From contig JBCCQY010000125.1 in assembly GCA_039208735.1 (NCBI GenBank), forward strand, positions 1 through 26,854: 26,854 nt of DNA. Reading direction: 5' to 3'. Shown here one piece after another: positions 19,001-26,854 of this stretch. Under the pieces are notes generated by a model. The model did no database searches, was not told the DNA's origin, and was given only the letters and a program-made list of their open reading frames with translations. Within the stretch, counting starts at the first letter, position 1. Each line of letters begins with the position of its first letter. The position numbers and the translations under genes were made by a program. This stretch comes from Myxococcota bacterium (GTDB lineage Bacteria > Myxococcota_A > UBA796 > GCA-2862545).

Positions 19001-19606
19001 GTCCCGGTGGATCAACCCTGCATCGTGAATCGCCTGCACCCCCGCGAAGATTCCCAACGCGATGGCGTCGATTTGACTCTCCGAGAGTGCATGCTCCCGC
19101 AAGAATGCAGAGAGGTCGGGGCCGTCGACGAGTTCGGTGAGCAGCGCAAGACGGCCGTCGACTTCGAGGAGTTCTTGCACCGTCACCACGTTCCGGTGTC
19201 GTACATCGTCTTGGAAGGCTCGCTCACGGCGCATCCGTTCGCGAGAGACGGGCCCGTTGAGTTCGAGGACCTTCAGCGCGTGGGGCTGCCAAAGTTCGGT
19301 ATCGAAGACTTTCCAGACCGAGGAGGTGCCGCCGCGACCCAGCAACGCCTGCACTTCATAGCGGCCTTGCACTCGGGTTCCGAGTTCGAGCTCCACCGCC
19401 TGAAGTCCCGTGGAGGCTGCGACGGCACGGTCCAAGGCGTTCTCGATCGTGCTGATCGAGGTCTCATCCAACAATCGAGACACGAACTTGCGTAGCTCGG
19501 CGTCGCCTTTACACGCTTCGTCGAGGGCGCGGGCCCGGGACGCCCCTTCGAGGTCGGCGATGGCCATGAAGACCGAGTAGGCTCGCTGATAGTCTTGTCC
19601 TTCCAT
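16046..19606 (-). CDS. Hanks-type Ser/Thr kinase fused to STAND ATPase and TPR domains
   Basis: GGGAGG then ATG 19606; N-terminal RARALDEACKGDAELRKFVSRLL; kinase motifs GRGGTSSV, ALK, HRDIKPSN, DFG, APE; Walker A GIGGLGKT, LILDNFE, VTSR, LPLAIELAA; TPR-like C-terminus. Confidence 0.94.
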   Translation of the reverse strand: MEGQDYQRAYSVFMAIADLEGASRARALDEACKGDAELRKFVSRLLDETSISTIENALDRAVAASTGLQAVELELGTRVQGRYEVQALLGRGGTSSVWKVFDTELWQPHALKVLELNGPVSRERMRRERAFQDDVRHRNVVTVQELLEVDGRLALLTELVDGPDLSAFLREHALSESQIDAIALGIFAGVQAIHDAGLIHRDIKPSNVLLAREGTRYVPKIADFGIAQAIDGRSPNARLTQTGAWVGTLAYMAPEQIRQVRAVDHRVDIWAVSCLLYRMVTGRGAFEGADNGETLTAILEGRRPQLPESLPLRWRAAIDAGLRLRPDDRPSSCVALRTRWEAPNGVLIGEEPIPSSPNPNPLTLPTPRNRFIGRRGALTDVATRLRSHRLVTLLGIGGLGKTRLAIELGRQLHGEWAGGVRLVPLADTHSAEGIRSATADALGVPRGRDPDAQVVEALRSLGPMLLILDNFEQIVDHAAETVGHWLDLVPTLRVLVTSRTPLQLYGEQHCPLDLLPESEALQLFAERAREVNHRFSPDEHRAHLVKLVHLLDRLPLAIELAAARSRLLSPRALLDRMSRRFDVLRTAANDLPERHRTLWATLQWSWELLTPLQRSVLAQLSVFEDGFTVEAAQGVVDLGATTGWVEDVLAELISKGLLRHEEGRLRMLVSVQAFAAAQLADPTKAERRHGTWFHTFATSERSERAFNLEHENLIAAARRAARRGETSIASGTGVRASDIFYMRGPARSGIELLDEILPVIQQPHLRAPLLREKGRLLNRIESAGVAAQAHLEAIELARTAGLHDELSSNLGYLGEHAADQGRWDEVERLFTESEEAARRDGRAHVVLVPVLRLARLALARGQHEQAEQRFSEAVALSKTGGRPRFLSYLYGMLGNLRFRQRRLSEARQCYESAVQHAHDNDDAMSVANWTIGLATVAESQGDYPVAIERIRGALRLAAEVGGLDNEVHLVAFLGYVLHRRGQRAEAEPQLRRAVELAEARQHMLSLQNARTELGHLLVMDGRLDEAEPFLRDAFETSLVDTRHAKKPWIHAYLGELCDARGNVEEARAIYDSGLDTARALNDPIPLGRLMALRARCLDNAEAGRAELDEAERIVREAQDRYELALLLCDRALFEAQRGASERAHMAMDDARRTIAGMALESHAEVIVKLQRVAQRLQRDASGDKPR

Positions 19607-19678
19607 GGTGCGCCCCTCCCTAAGTTCGGAGCACAATCCTTGAAACGGAGGAGCGCCAAAGCTGGGGCACCTTTTTAG

Positions 19679-20187
19679 TTAGTTGGAGGTGTGCGTAACG
19701 TAAAGGGGAATCGTCGCCGGCGACGCCTCATTGGCCGACGCGTAGAGCGCTCCGGCTCCTCCGGTGGTCAATCCCCAGCCCGACTTGCCAAACGTGATTT
19801 CGAATTCCAGTCGGAAGCCGAGGAAGTCCGTTTGGCCGCTACCCGCAAGATTCGTGTGGGGCTCCGTTGCCGGGTGTTGTCGGAACGGTAGGGTCAGCAT
19901 CAACCGGTTGTTCTTGGGGGTGGAAAATCCCACCTGGGCGTACCCAAGGATCGCCGGCCCGATGTCCCCGTTGGTGAAGCCCGCGAATCCCGCCTGGGCG
20001 GCGATCCAAAACCGATTCAAGCCCACGCCATATCCGAGGAGCGTCCAGTTTTGGGTGAGGCCGTACTCCCGTACAGTTCGACGGCGAGGTCGAGATAGGT
20101 TTCGTTGGGAAGCTCCCCCGAGTCACCAGAGTCCGAAAAGAAGCTGGCGCCTGGCAAGGCTCGCCCTCCCAGAAAACGGGTTTCCAT
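19679..20187 (-). pseudogene. Frameshifted remnant of a probable outer-membrane beta-barrel gene
   Basis: One frame reads ...NETYLDLAVELYG and the -1 frame continues EYGLTQNWTLLGYGVGLNRFWIAAQAG...; adding one G at 20068-20070 joins them as LYGEYGLTQNWT. There is no signal peptide and the product is short for a barrel. Confidence 0.6.
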
Positions 20188-20295
20188 CGCAGGGTTGCAT
20201 CTGCGCAATGAACTCCGAATCCCTGGGCACTTTTGGACAGAATGCTCCCGATACGACGGCCACGTCGCTGCGGCGGCAGAATCCCTGGAGGTTCC

Positions 20296-20853
20296 ATGTC
20301 TCAGATGCGCATTCTCTGTGTCGGCCTGTTGCTCACCGCCTGTGCCGGCGACCGCGAAATCTCGGTCACTCGGGTGTTCCCATTTTCGGCTGACGTCGTT
20401 TACGAGACCGCCATGGCGCGTTTTGGCGACGCCCATCGCATCAGTCCCCACATGTTCAACGTGCGCTACCTCGATGGTGCTGAGGCGCCTGCGGTCGGGG
20501 TTCAGCGTGAAGTCTGGACCACCGAAGATGGCGACTCCTTCATGCACGAAGAGCTGCTGACGGTCGATCCGGAGAATCGGTACATCCAGATCGCCATCAT
20601 CTATGCCGAAAAGGTTCCCGTCAACACGGATGAGAGCGTGGTTGAAAGTACGGTCACGCCCATCGACGAGGAGACCAGTAGCTGGACGACGAACATGCTT
20701 TTGCGCACCCGGCCAGCCTTCCTGGGCACCTTTGCGGAGGGCGGGGTTCAGTCCGACATCGAGGACATGTTGATTGGGCTCGAACACCACATCTTGACGG
20801 GCGAGGACATTACGCCCGAGCGTTTCGAGCAGATCGAGGCTGACTACCGCTGA
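20296..20853 (+). CDS. SRPBCC (START/polyketide cyclase-like) domain lipoprotein
   Basis: GGAGG then ATG 20296 (alternative 20305); lipobox LLTAC; ISVTRVFPFSADVVYE...VGVQREV...HEELLTVDPENR and C-terminal helix DMLIGLEHHILTG. Confidence 0.82.
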   Translation: MSQMRILCVGLLLTACAGDREISVTRVFPFSADVVYETAMARFGDAHRISPHMFNVRYLDGAEAPAVGVQREVWTTEDGDSFMHEELLTVDPENRYIQIAIIYAEKVPVNTDESVVESTVTPIDEETSSWTTNMLLRTRPAFLGTFAEGGVQSDIEDMLIGLEHHILTGEDITPERFEQIEADYR

Positions 20854-22361
20854 CGGCGGCGGCGGCGGAGGAGCCACGCCATGCCAAAGCCGAGACCAAG
20901 CCAGCGGGTCGGTCCCGTCGAACAACCCCGGTCCTCGCCCCATCGATCGGCCACCCCCCAAATCTCGAGGTCTCGGGAAGGATTGGGGGCAAACCCCAGC
21001 CTCGGCATGGTGTCGATGCAGGAGAGATCGAGTTCCGCACTCGGATTCGCAAGGAACTGAGTGTAGATCGATGCGGGGCACTCGCCCTGGTTGAAGGTGA
21101 CGTGGAACGCTTCGGGCACGGCCACAAAGGTCTGGTGATCTGCGTTGAGCCACTTGGCCCGATCCCGAGCTCGATCGAGCGGCATGGTGGGATCGAAGCC
21201 ACCGTGCATCACCAACATGGGCACGTCGGTGAGGGGAGGGGCTCGATGGTCCGGTCCGGGCTCGGTGCTGGGCCAGTCGGCAGCGAGTTCACCAAAGGAC
21301 AAGGTGACTTCCGTGGTCGCAATCGACTGGTCGACGGTGGCCCGAAGCTCCGACTGAGGAGGGGTCGGGCCCCAGAGGTCTGTGTAGGCGATGTGCCGTT
21401 GGAGGACGGGGGCGTGGGTGGGGTCTTCTTGGTCCCCTTCCTCGGGAAAGAGGGCGTCAAAGAGGTGGATGAACGCACGAACATCACGCCGTTTGCAGCG
21501 ACCGAGGCGATGCCAGACCACGGGAAGCTGATCGGCGGTGGATTCCGCCCCCAACAAGAAGACTCCGCCCAAGAGTCGGCCGAGCCGGGCATCGATCCCA
21601 ATGCGCGGACAGCGGCCTTCCAGCTCGGAAAACACCGTTTCCGCAAACTGGGCTGGGTCGGATCCAAGGTGGGTCGCACAGCTCGGGTCTTCGGTGCATC
21701 GGGCGGCGTACGCACGGGCCACCTCGTCAACGCCACGGTCGAACTCGAGAAACGTCCAGTCGGGTGGCACGACCCCATCGAGAATGACCGCGTCGGCCAC
21801 GTCCGGCTGAATCGCGATCATGCGATCGACCAGGAATGTGCCGTACGAAACGCCCCACAGCACGACAGGTCCGGCCTCTCGGAGGTCGTTCACCACCGCA
21901 ATGACATCGAGGGCCGTCTGCGTCGTTGTGAGTGTTGCAAGGCGCTCGTCGCCCTCTAGGCGTGCGGCACAGCGGGCCCACTCGTCGGGGTCAAGGGCCC
22001 GTCCCTCGGGACTGTCGGGGGCTTCTTCCTCTGCGCACCCCAGTCGCTCGCTAAACCCAACGCCTCGCACGTCGAGGCTCATCAGCGCGTAATCCGGGGC
22101 GATTTGTTCCGAGAAACCTTCCAAGTTCTGAAGGGCGGCCAGGCCACTGTCGCCCGGACCGCCCGTGATGTGCCAGATCTGACCGGTGGCGCCTGCTGCC
22201 GCTGGCTCGTAGCGCTTAACGGCAAGCGCGATGCGGGGACCATCAGGACGGTCGTGGTCTTGAGGAACCGACAGCGTTCGACACACGCCCACCGGATCCC
22301 CATCAGGACAGGCTCCCCATGGGGCAGCCGCCAAGACTGGAGCAATGAGGAAAGTCAGCAT
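20844..22361 (-). CDS. Secreted alpha/beta hydrolase, TAP-like peptidase family S33, with MYXO-CTERM-like tail
   Basis: Signal peptide; CRTLSVPQDH, GGPGDSG, DVRGVGFS, GVSYG, Asp in GGFDPTMP, His in AFHVT; C-terminus RGCSTGPTRWLGLGFGMAWLLRRRRRQR. Confidence 0.9.
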   Translation of the reverse strand: MLTFLIAPVLAAAPWGACPDGDPVGVCRTLSVPQDHDRPDGPRIALAVKRYEPAAAGATGQIWHITGGPGDSGLAALQNLEGFSEQIAPDYALMSLDVRGVGFSERLGCAEEEAPDSPEGRALDPDEWARCAARLEGDERLATLTTTQTALDVIAVVNDLREAGPVVLWGVSYGTFLVDRMIAIQPDVADAVILDGVVPPDWTFLEFDRGVDEVARAYAARCTEDPSCATHLGSDPAQFAETVFSELEGRCPRIGIDARLGRLLGGVFLLGAESTADQLPVVWHRLGRCKRRDVRAFIHLFDALFPEEGDQEDPTHAPVLQRHIAYTDLWGPTPPQSELRATVDQSIATTEVTLSFGELAADWPSTEPGPDHRAPPLTDVPMLVMHGGFDPTMPLDRARDRAKWLNADHQTFVAVPEAFHVTFNQGECPASIYTQFLANPSAELDLSCIDTMPRLGFAPNPSRDLEIWGVADRWGEDRGCSTGPTRWLGLGFGMAWLLRRRRRQR

Positions 22362-22408
22362 GCGCTAGGGACACCGAGGGGCAGGAGAAGCGGACCGTTT
22401 GGGGACGA

Positions 22409-23479
22409 CTAAGGAACCGAGTACGTACGCAATTGTTCGGCGGCCAATCGAATCTGGGGATCTCCCGACGTGCTGGCCGCTCCCGGCTCATAAGGCACAG
22501 CGCGGTCGACGGGAATGCCGCGCCCCTCGTACAAGGCGCCGTCCGCGGCTCGGTACCGATCGCCCGAGTAGGTGAAGTGAAAGCCGCGTTTGGGTAGGTT
22601 TGCAAAATAGAGGTCCGAGAGGTGTCCGCTGGTCGGTTCTCCCCACACCTCTACGCGAGAGCGCTCTCGCAACGCGAGGACCATGGTCTCGCCTGCGCTG
22701 AAGGTCCCGGGGCTCGTGAGCACGATGACCGGTCCCTCGAACGCACCGGGCTCGCTTGCCTCAAGCCACTGGTCTTCAAAGTCGGTAAGGTCGTCGTGCT
22801 CAGGACCGTTTCGTTGGGCGGTCGACCACGCGATCTGTCGCTCCCCTTCGATGCGGCGCGCGATGTCGAGTCCGACCGCATCCCAACCTCCTCCATTGAA
22901 TCGGACGTCCAACAGCCAACCTCGTGCGTCGCAAGCACGCAGCGTTTCGGTGGTGATCTGGTCGAGCAGAGCCTCGGCCCTTTGACGGTCACTGCGTTCG
23001 GAGCCCGAGCCCCCAAGGTCATCGAGCCAGCGAATGCCGAGGTAGGCAACTTGATCGAGGCAGGCCCACGTCCATGCGCCCTCTCCCCCGGACCCAAACG
23101 TGCCCACGTCGGCTTGCGTTCGCACCCACGCCCTCACAGCGGCTTCCTCGCCGTAGTGAGGCCACGGCTCTCGCCAGCCACGGGCATCTCGGTCTGGTGA
23201 TGACAACTGGATGTGCCCATCGTCGAGCGACTGGGCCATGCCCAGGAGCACGTCGAATAGGTCATCGTCAGAGGTGGAGGGGGTGACCTCGGCGCATGCC
23301 TGTCTTCCCAACGCAATCCAATCCTGATCGCCGAGCCGTGGATCGAACACCGCATACGATCGATCCAAGACACTCCAGAACTGGTCCACCACGCGATGAG
23401 GACGGGTCGTGTCTTCGCACACGACAGGGGTCGCACAGCCTGCGCAAAGGAACGGAAGGAGAACGCTGGACCATCGCAT
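22409..23479 (-). CDS. Peptidase family S41 lipoprotein
   Basis: GAGG then ATG 23479; lipobox CAGC; FWSVLDRSYAVF, LDDGHI, LDVRFNGGG, TFSAGE, VWGEPTSG, YEGRGIPVD. Confidence 0.92.
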   Translation of the reverse strand: MRWSSVLLPFLCAGCATPVVCEDTTRPHRVVDQFWSVLDRSYAVFDPRLGDQDWIALGRQACAEVTPSTSDDDLFDVLLGMAQSLDDGHIQLSSPDRDARGWREPWPHYGEEAAVRAWVRTQADVGTFGSGGEGAWTWACLDQVAYLGIRWLDDLGGSGSERSDRQRAEALLDQITTETLRACDARGWLLDVRFNGGGWDAVGLDIARRIEGERQIAWSTAQRNGPEHDDLTDFEDQWLEASEPGAFEGPVIVLTSPGTFSAGETMVLALRERSRVEVWGEPTSGHLSDLYFANLPKRGFHFTYSGDRYRAADGALYEGRGIPVDRAVPYEPGAASTSGDPQIRLAAEQLRTYSVP

Positions 23480-23602
23480 GTTGGACCTCGCTGGAAGTAC
23501 TCGCCGGGGTGATTGAGGCTGGATGCTGCTGACCGCGGTGGGACCCTTGTGGCGACCGGGCACCGAGGCGACCCCGGGATCCTGAGAAGCACCTCGCAAG
23601 GG

Positions 23603-24397
23603 CTATCGTTTCCAATCGTCGAGCTGTTCGGAAAGCGGTCGGCAGGCTTCCTCCGAGAGGGCGACGGCGACCGAGAAGTCATAGGGCACACATTCAAGTT
23701 TGGGATTGGATGCAAACTTGGGTGAGCAAGGCGGGGCATCGAAGTACCGGCCGCATACGGGGGCCAGGAAGATGCCATACCGGCCAGGAGGGGCGTCGGG
23801 GATGAACACCGTCGGGCCACGGATGCCCAACGCCAAGGGAAGGTTGCCATCTTTCGGGTTCAGGTAGTCACCTTCAATGCAGCGCCCATCCGCCGTCAGC
23901 TTGTAGACTGCGGATTCCCAAACCGGAACCTCGATGTCGGTCGGGCAGTTGAAACGAGCCGCCGAATCGTCCGTAAGGTCGGTTGGTCTAGCGGTTCCTC
24001 CAAGCCTAGGATCGACGGCCAAGCACAGGCCTCCGCCAGGATGCGAGAAGCGAATGAAGTCAACGTCCGCGACGTAGACCAACGGTAACGGCTCGATCGG
24101 ACATTCAAAGTCCTCTGTTCCGATCGAAACAGGAATCTCCCACCCCATTCCGCCTGACCATACGAGTCCTTCGAACGCGTTGCCAAGCCCAACCCCATCG
24201 AACTGTTCTGGCCATTGATTGGGTTGGTCTGGAAAATCTCCAGCTTGCATCTCGTCCGCAACCTGGAAGAACGTGAACTCCGGTGGCGTGAACGGCGGCG
24301 CAACACAGCTTGTTGCCAGTATCCAGAGGAAAGCAACGGATCCTTGCTCCGCTGGCCGCAAACGGGTCGACGGCTTGATCAAGTGTTGTAGGACCAT
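23603..24397 (-). CDS. Hypothetical Cys/Pro-rich protein, possible lipoprotein
   Basis: Long ORF filling the gap, co-oriented with the peptidases; hydrophobic stretch ending LATSC; several Cys. No family recognised and the start is uncertain. Confidence 0.6.
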   Translation of the reverse strand: MVLQHLIKPSTRLRPAEQGSVAFLWILATSCVAPPFTPPEFTFFQVADEMQAGDFPDQPNQWPEQFDGVGLGNAFEGLVWSGGMGWEIPVSIGTEDFECPIEPLPLVYVADVDFIRFSHPGGGLCLAVDPRLGGTARPTDLTDDSAARFNCPTDIEVPVWESAVYKLTADGRCIEGDYLNPKDGNLPLALGIRGPTVFIPDAPPGRYGIFLAPVCGRYFDAPPCSPKFASNPKLECVPYDFSVAVALSEEACRPLSEQLDDWKR

Positions 24398-24514
24398 TGG
24401 TTTGACGTAAGCCTCATCGAGCCTCCATTTCTTCGTCCATCATGGCACACAATCGACATCGTATGGCTTGTGCGTAGGGGACCCCCTTAGAGTGGCTGCG
24501 CAAGGAGGATCCAG

Positions 24515-24993
24515 ATGGGGTTTGGTTGGGATGGTGGGTGGCGGCCGTGGCGTTGGCGCAATCCTGGTCGATTGCTCCGCTCCACCACACCGAAGATGGA
24601 ACCATGGTGCAACCGGAGTTCGTCCCGGTGACCGAGCTGATGACGTCGCCAACCTTTGGTGTGGTGATACTTTGGTCTGACCCGAAAAGCCGTGCCTTTC
24701 TGAGAGCGTTTGGTTCCCAGTGCTCGGATCATTGCGTTCAAGGAGCGAAGGTTGTAGAGAGCCCTCAGCCTCCACTCGACGCGGAAACCAGCCAGGCGAT
24801 GCCATTGGACCGGGTCACGTGCCATGCCCAACTCGCGGTCCAGCCCGATGGCCGGGTGGGGGCGGTGCGGGTGGACAGGTGCCAAGAGCGTTTGGCTCAA
24901 TTGGCCTACCGCACATTGAAGAACTGGGACTTCAAGCCCACGGGCCACGATGATGTGGTGATTACCAAAGCAGCCGTGACGTTCCTTCGCTAA
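24515..24993 (+). CDS. Secreted protein with TonB C-terminal-like domain; 5' end apparently frameshifted
   Basis: C-terminus CHAQLAVQPDGRVGAVRVDRC...AYRTLKNWDFKP...VTF is TonB-C-like. The strong AAGGAGG-ATG at 24515 is one base out of frame; the in-frame alternative is TTG 24526. Confidence 0.72.
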
Positions 24994-25002
24994 ACGCGGT
25001 GT

Positions 25003-25767
25003 TCAGGGAGTGACGGTCACGACGATGGCGGGCATGGAGAAGCGCAGCATGCCGTCCTTAAGAAAGGGGCGGAGCGCGGGCTCGGCGGCTTTTACGAGGG
25101 CAACGAATTGGTCGTCGTCGAGCAGGCCTCCAAGCGTCCAAGCACACGCCCGTTCGGCTTCAATCAGGGCCTCAATCGATGGAAACCGTACTTCGCCGTC
25201 CAATTGAACCACATCGGCGGGAATCGAAACGTCGTTGGCGATGGCCTGCCACTGGGCTTCGGTGCCGAGTGCGAACGGAGCCCGGAACGACTCGGCGATG
25301 GTCGGGCCGAACAGGCGGTGCAGCACTTCGGTGAGCACGGCATACGCTGGGGACCGTTCGACGGCGGCGCACGTGGCTGCCACCACCCGGCCGCCAGGGC
25401 GGGTGACGCGACGCAGTTCCGCAAGGGCCCGACCCGGGTCGTCCACAAACATCAGACCGAACTGGCTCACCGATCGATCGAAGGAGCCATCTTCAAAGGA
25501 CAGGGCCGTGGCGTCGCCTTCAACCCAGCGCACGCCCGGCACCGCGCGACGAGCGACGTCAAGCATCTCGGGTTGCGCATCGAGGCCCACCACGAGGCTC
25601 GGGTCACCGGCTCGGGCCACGACCGCACGGGTCAACGCTCCCGTGCCACACGCAACGTCGAGGCAGCGCTGCCCGGGCGCGATGTCCGCGACAGCCGCGA
25701 TGCGTTCGCCCCAAAGCCCGAAGAGCGCGGGCACAAACCGTTCCTCGTAGATGTCAGCGGGATTCAT
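25003..25767 (-). CDS. Class I SAM-dependent methyltransferase (UbiE-like)
   Basis: GAGGAG RBS; YEERFVPALF, LDVACGTG, GDATALSFEDGSFD, SQFGLMFVDD, RVTRPGG. Confidence 0.93.
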   Translation of the reverse strand: MNPADIYEERFVPALFGLWGERIAAVADIAPGQRCLDVACGTGALTRAVVARAGDPSLVVGLDAQPEMLDVARRAVPGVRWVEGDATALSFEDGSFDRSVSQFGLMFVDDPGRALAELRRVTRPGGRVVAATCAAVERSPAYAVLTEVLHRLFGPTIAESFRAPFALGTEAQWQAIANDVSIPADVVQLDGEVRFPSIEALIEAERACAWTLGGLLDDDQFVALVKAAEPALRPFLKDGMLRFSMPAIVVTVTP

Positions 25768-25883
25768 GCCTTCTCCTCGTTTCGCCCATTGCGCAATATT
25801 CCACAGTGGTCCGAACGGGGCGCTTCAGCTCCAACAGAACCCTTACGTCTCCGATTTGCCGGTTTTGGCCTTCAAAGCGGGAG

Positions 25884-26836
25884 CTAGGCAGGAGGTTCGT
25901 CGACGAGCGGTTGGCCCGCGTCGAGGAGCGCCGCATACCGTTCAAGCCGCTTCCGATGGACGTCTGGCAGCCGCGTGGCTCGCACTTCGAGGAGTCCGAC
26001 CTCGACGCCGTAGTGTTCCCGGACGACACAATTGACCGGCTGTGCTCCGACCAGGCGCGCGTAGGCAGAAGCGTCGGTGAGCGGCACCCGAAAAACGATG
26101 GGACGGAGACTACCGTGAGCGAGGGCCCACGCACAGGTTGCCCATGCGAGGAATGAGCTAAGCCCTGCCCCGCGAACATGAGGGTCCAAACCAAACCGGC
26201 TGATCTCCCACGGGCGTGACGCCCTCGGTCCACAGTCCGAGGTGGTGGGCTCGGGCGTCCAGCAACGTGCCGCCCGCGTGAGCGCTGCGTCCAGAACGTG
26301 CGTCTGCGGGTTGAACACCACGTAGGATGCGGCATCGAGCCAGGGTTCACGCCCTTCGAGCCAGTCCACGACCGTATCTGCGGTTTGTTGCGCCTGACGG
26401 TCGGCCGCGACGGCAGCCTGCGGAATGAAGGATTCGCGGCCCTCCAATTGGGCGCTCATGGCGGCGACGAGCCCTCGCACCAGCGACATGGGAAGGTCGG
26501 CCGGATCGAACATTTGAACCAGCCATCCAAGCCCGTGGACCTTGTCCTCTCGGCGGACGGCTTCGATGTCCGTTGTGGTGACGTCATCGAGGTCGAGTGG
26601 CGGCGGGCTGGCTCACATCTGCGGCCATGATCACGACGTCGAAGTGAGGGATTTCCGTGGCAGCGAGTTCCGGGGTGAAAGGGCGGGGCTGTCCGACCAC
26701 GGTCGCTGACGGAACATGCGTTCGGGCCCAAGTTTCGAGCGCGACCGTCTTGAGTCGTTGCTCGGCTGCGTCTGTGGCCTTCGGCGCGACTTAGGTAGGT
26801 ACGAAGCCACTGTTCATCGGGAAATGGTTTTCGCAT
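25884..26836 (-). pseudogene. Broken ThiF/E1-like plus GNAT-like (EISRF motif) gene spread over three reading frames
   Basis: Frame 1 gives MRKPFPDEQWLRTYLSRAEG (from 26836). Frame 2 gives ATDAAEQRLKTVALETWARTHVPSATVVGQPRPFTPELAATEIPHFDVVIMAADVS (about 26780-26610). Frame 3 gives PPPLDLDD...MFDPADL...FIPQAAVAA...WEISRFGLDPHVRGAGLSSFL, running to the stop at 25884. The 209-aa ORF 25884-26513 could still be translated. Confidence 0.55.
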
Positions 26837-26854
26837 GCGGGAATCATGGAGCAG

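Noticed and set aside
19640..19680. Possible intrinsic terminator before a T-run
   Set aside because: The stem is weak and imperfect, and no plus-strand gene ends there.
6525..23300. Many long antisense or alternate-frame ORFs (e.g. 13154-14731 -, 9402-10331 -, 10341-11375 -, 8231-9037 +, 21102-21959 +)
   Set aside because: Shadow ORFs expected in high-GC coding DNA; each overlaps a gene with clear family motifs.
25788..25797. Perfect palindrome ATTGCGCAAT upstream of the methyltransferase
   Set aside because: A single 10-bp dyad with no second copy or adjacent regulator; may be an operator but cannot be supported.

Overview
GC-rich bacterial DNA, most likely Myxococcota, inferred from three MYXO-CTERM-like sorting signals. 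No rRNA, tRNA, CRISPR array or transposase was recognised. Positions 1-5600 hold an accessory block with five diverged paralogs of a protein family I do not recognise. These are 134-167 aa where intact, with a CxxC-x6/7-GxRGP[LI]PxxCxxC zinc-ribbon-like N-terminus, a basic linker and a conserved ...[AS]P[RQ]G[EQ][RK]xxA[GA]W C-terminus; one copy is frameshifted. A TIGR02996-like/leucine-rich-repeat gene is embedded among them. The rest of the window encodes envelope and signalling genes: an alpha/beta hydrolase, a double-winged-helix STAND ATPase-TPR regulator, an Ig-like lipoprotein, a nucleotidyltransferase, a small barrel protein, an outer-membrane beta-barrel with a tandem palindromic operator, a thrombospondin type 3 repeat protein, a Ser/Thr kinase-STAND-TPR plus TIGR02999-type ECF sigma pair, an SRPBCC lipoprotein, S33 and S41 peptidases, a TonB-C protein, a methyltransferase and two broken genes. 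Two candidates for something new stand out. The first is the zinc-ribbon paralog cluster. The second is the 802-aa repeat protein, which looks like a polyprotein: an internal MYXO-CTERM anchor runs straight into a second signal peptide, so one ORF may yield two separately anchored surface proteins. All family assignments are by eye from motifs; no searches were run.
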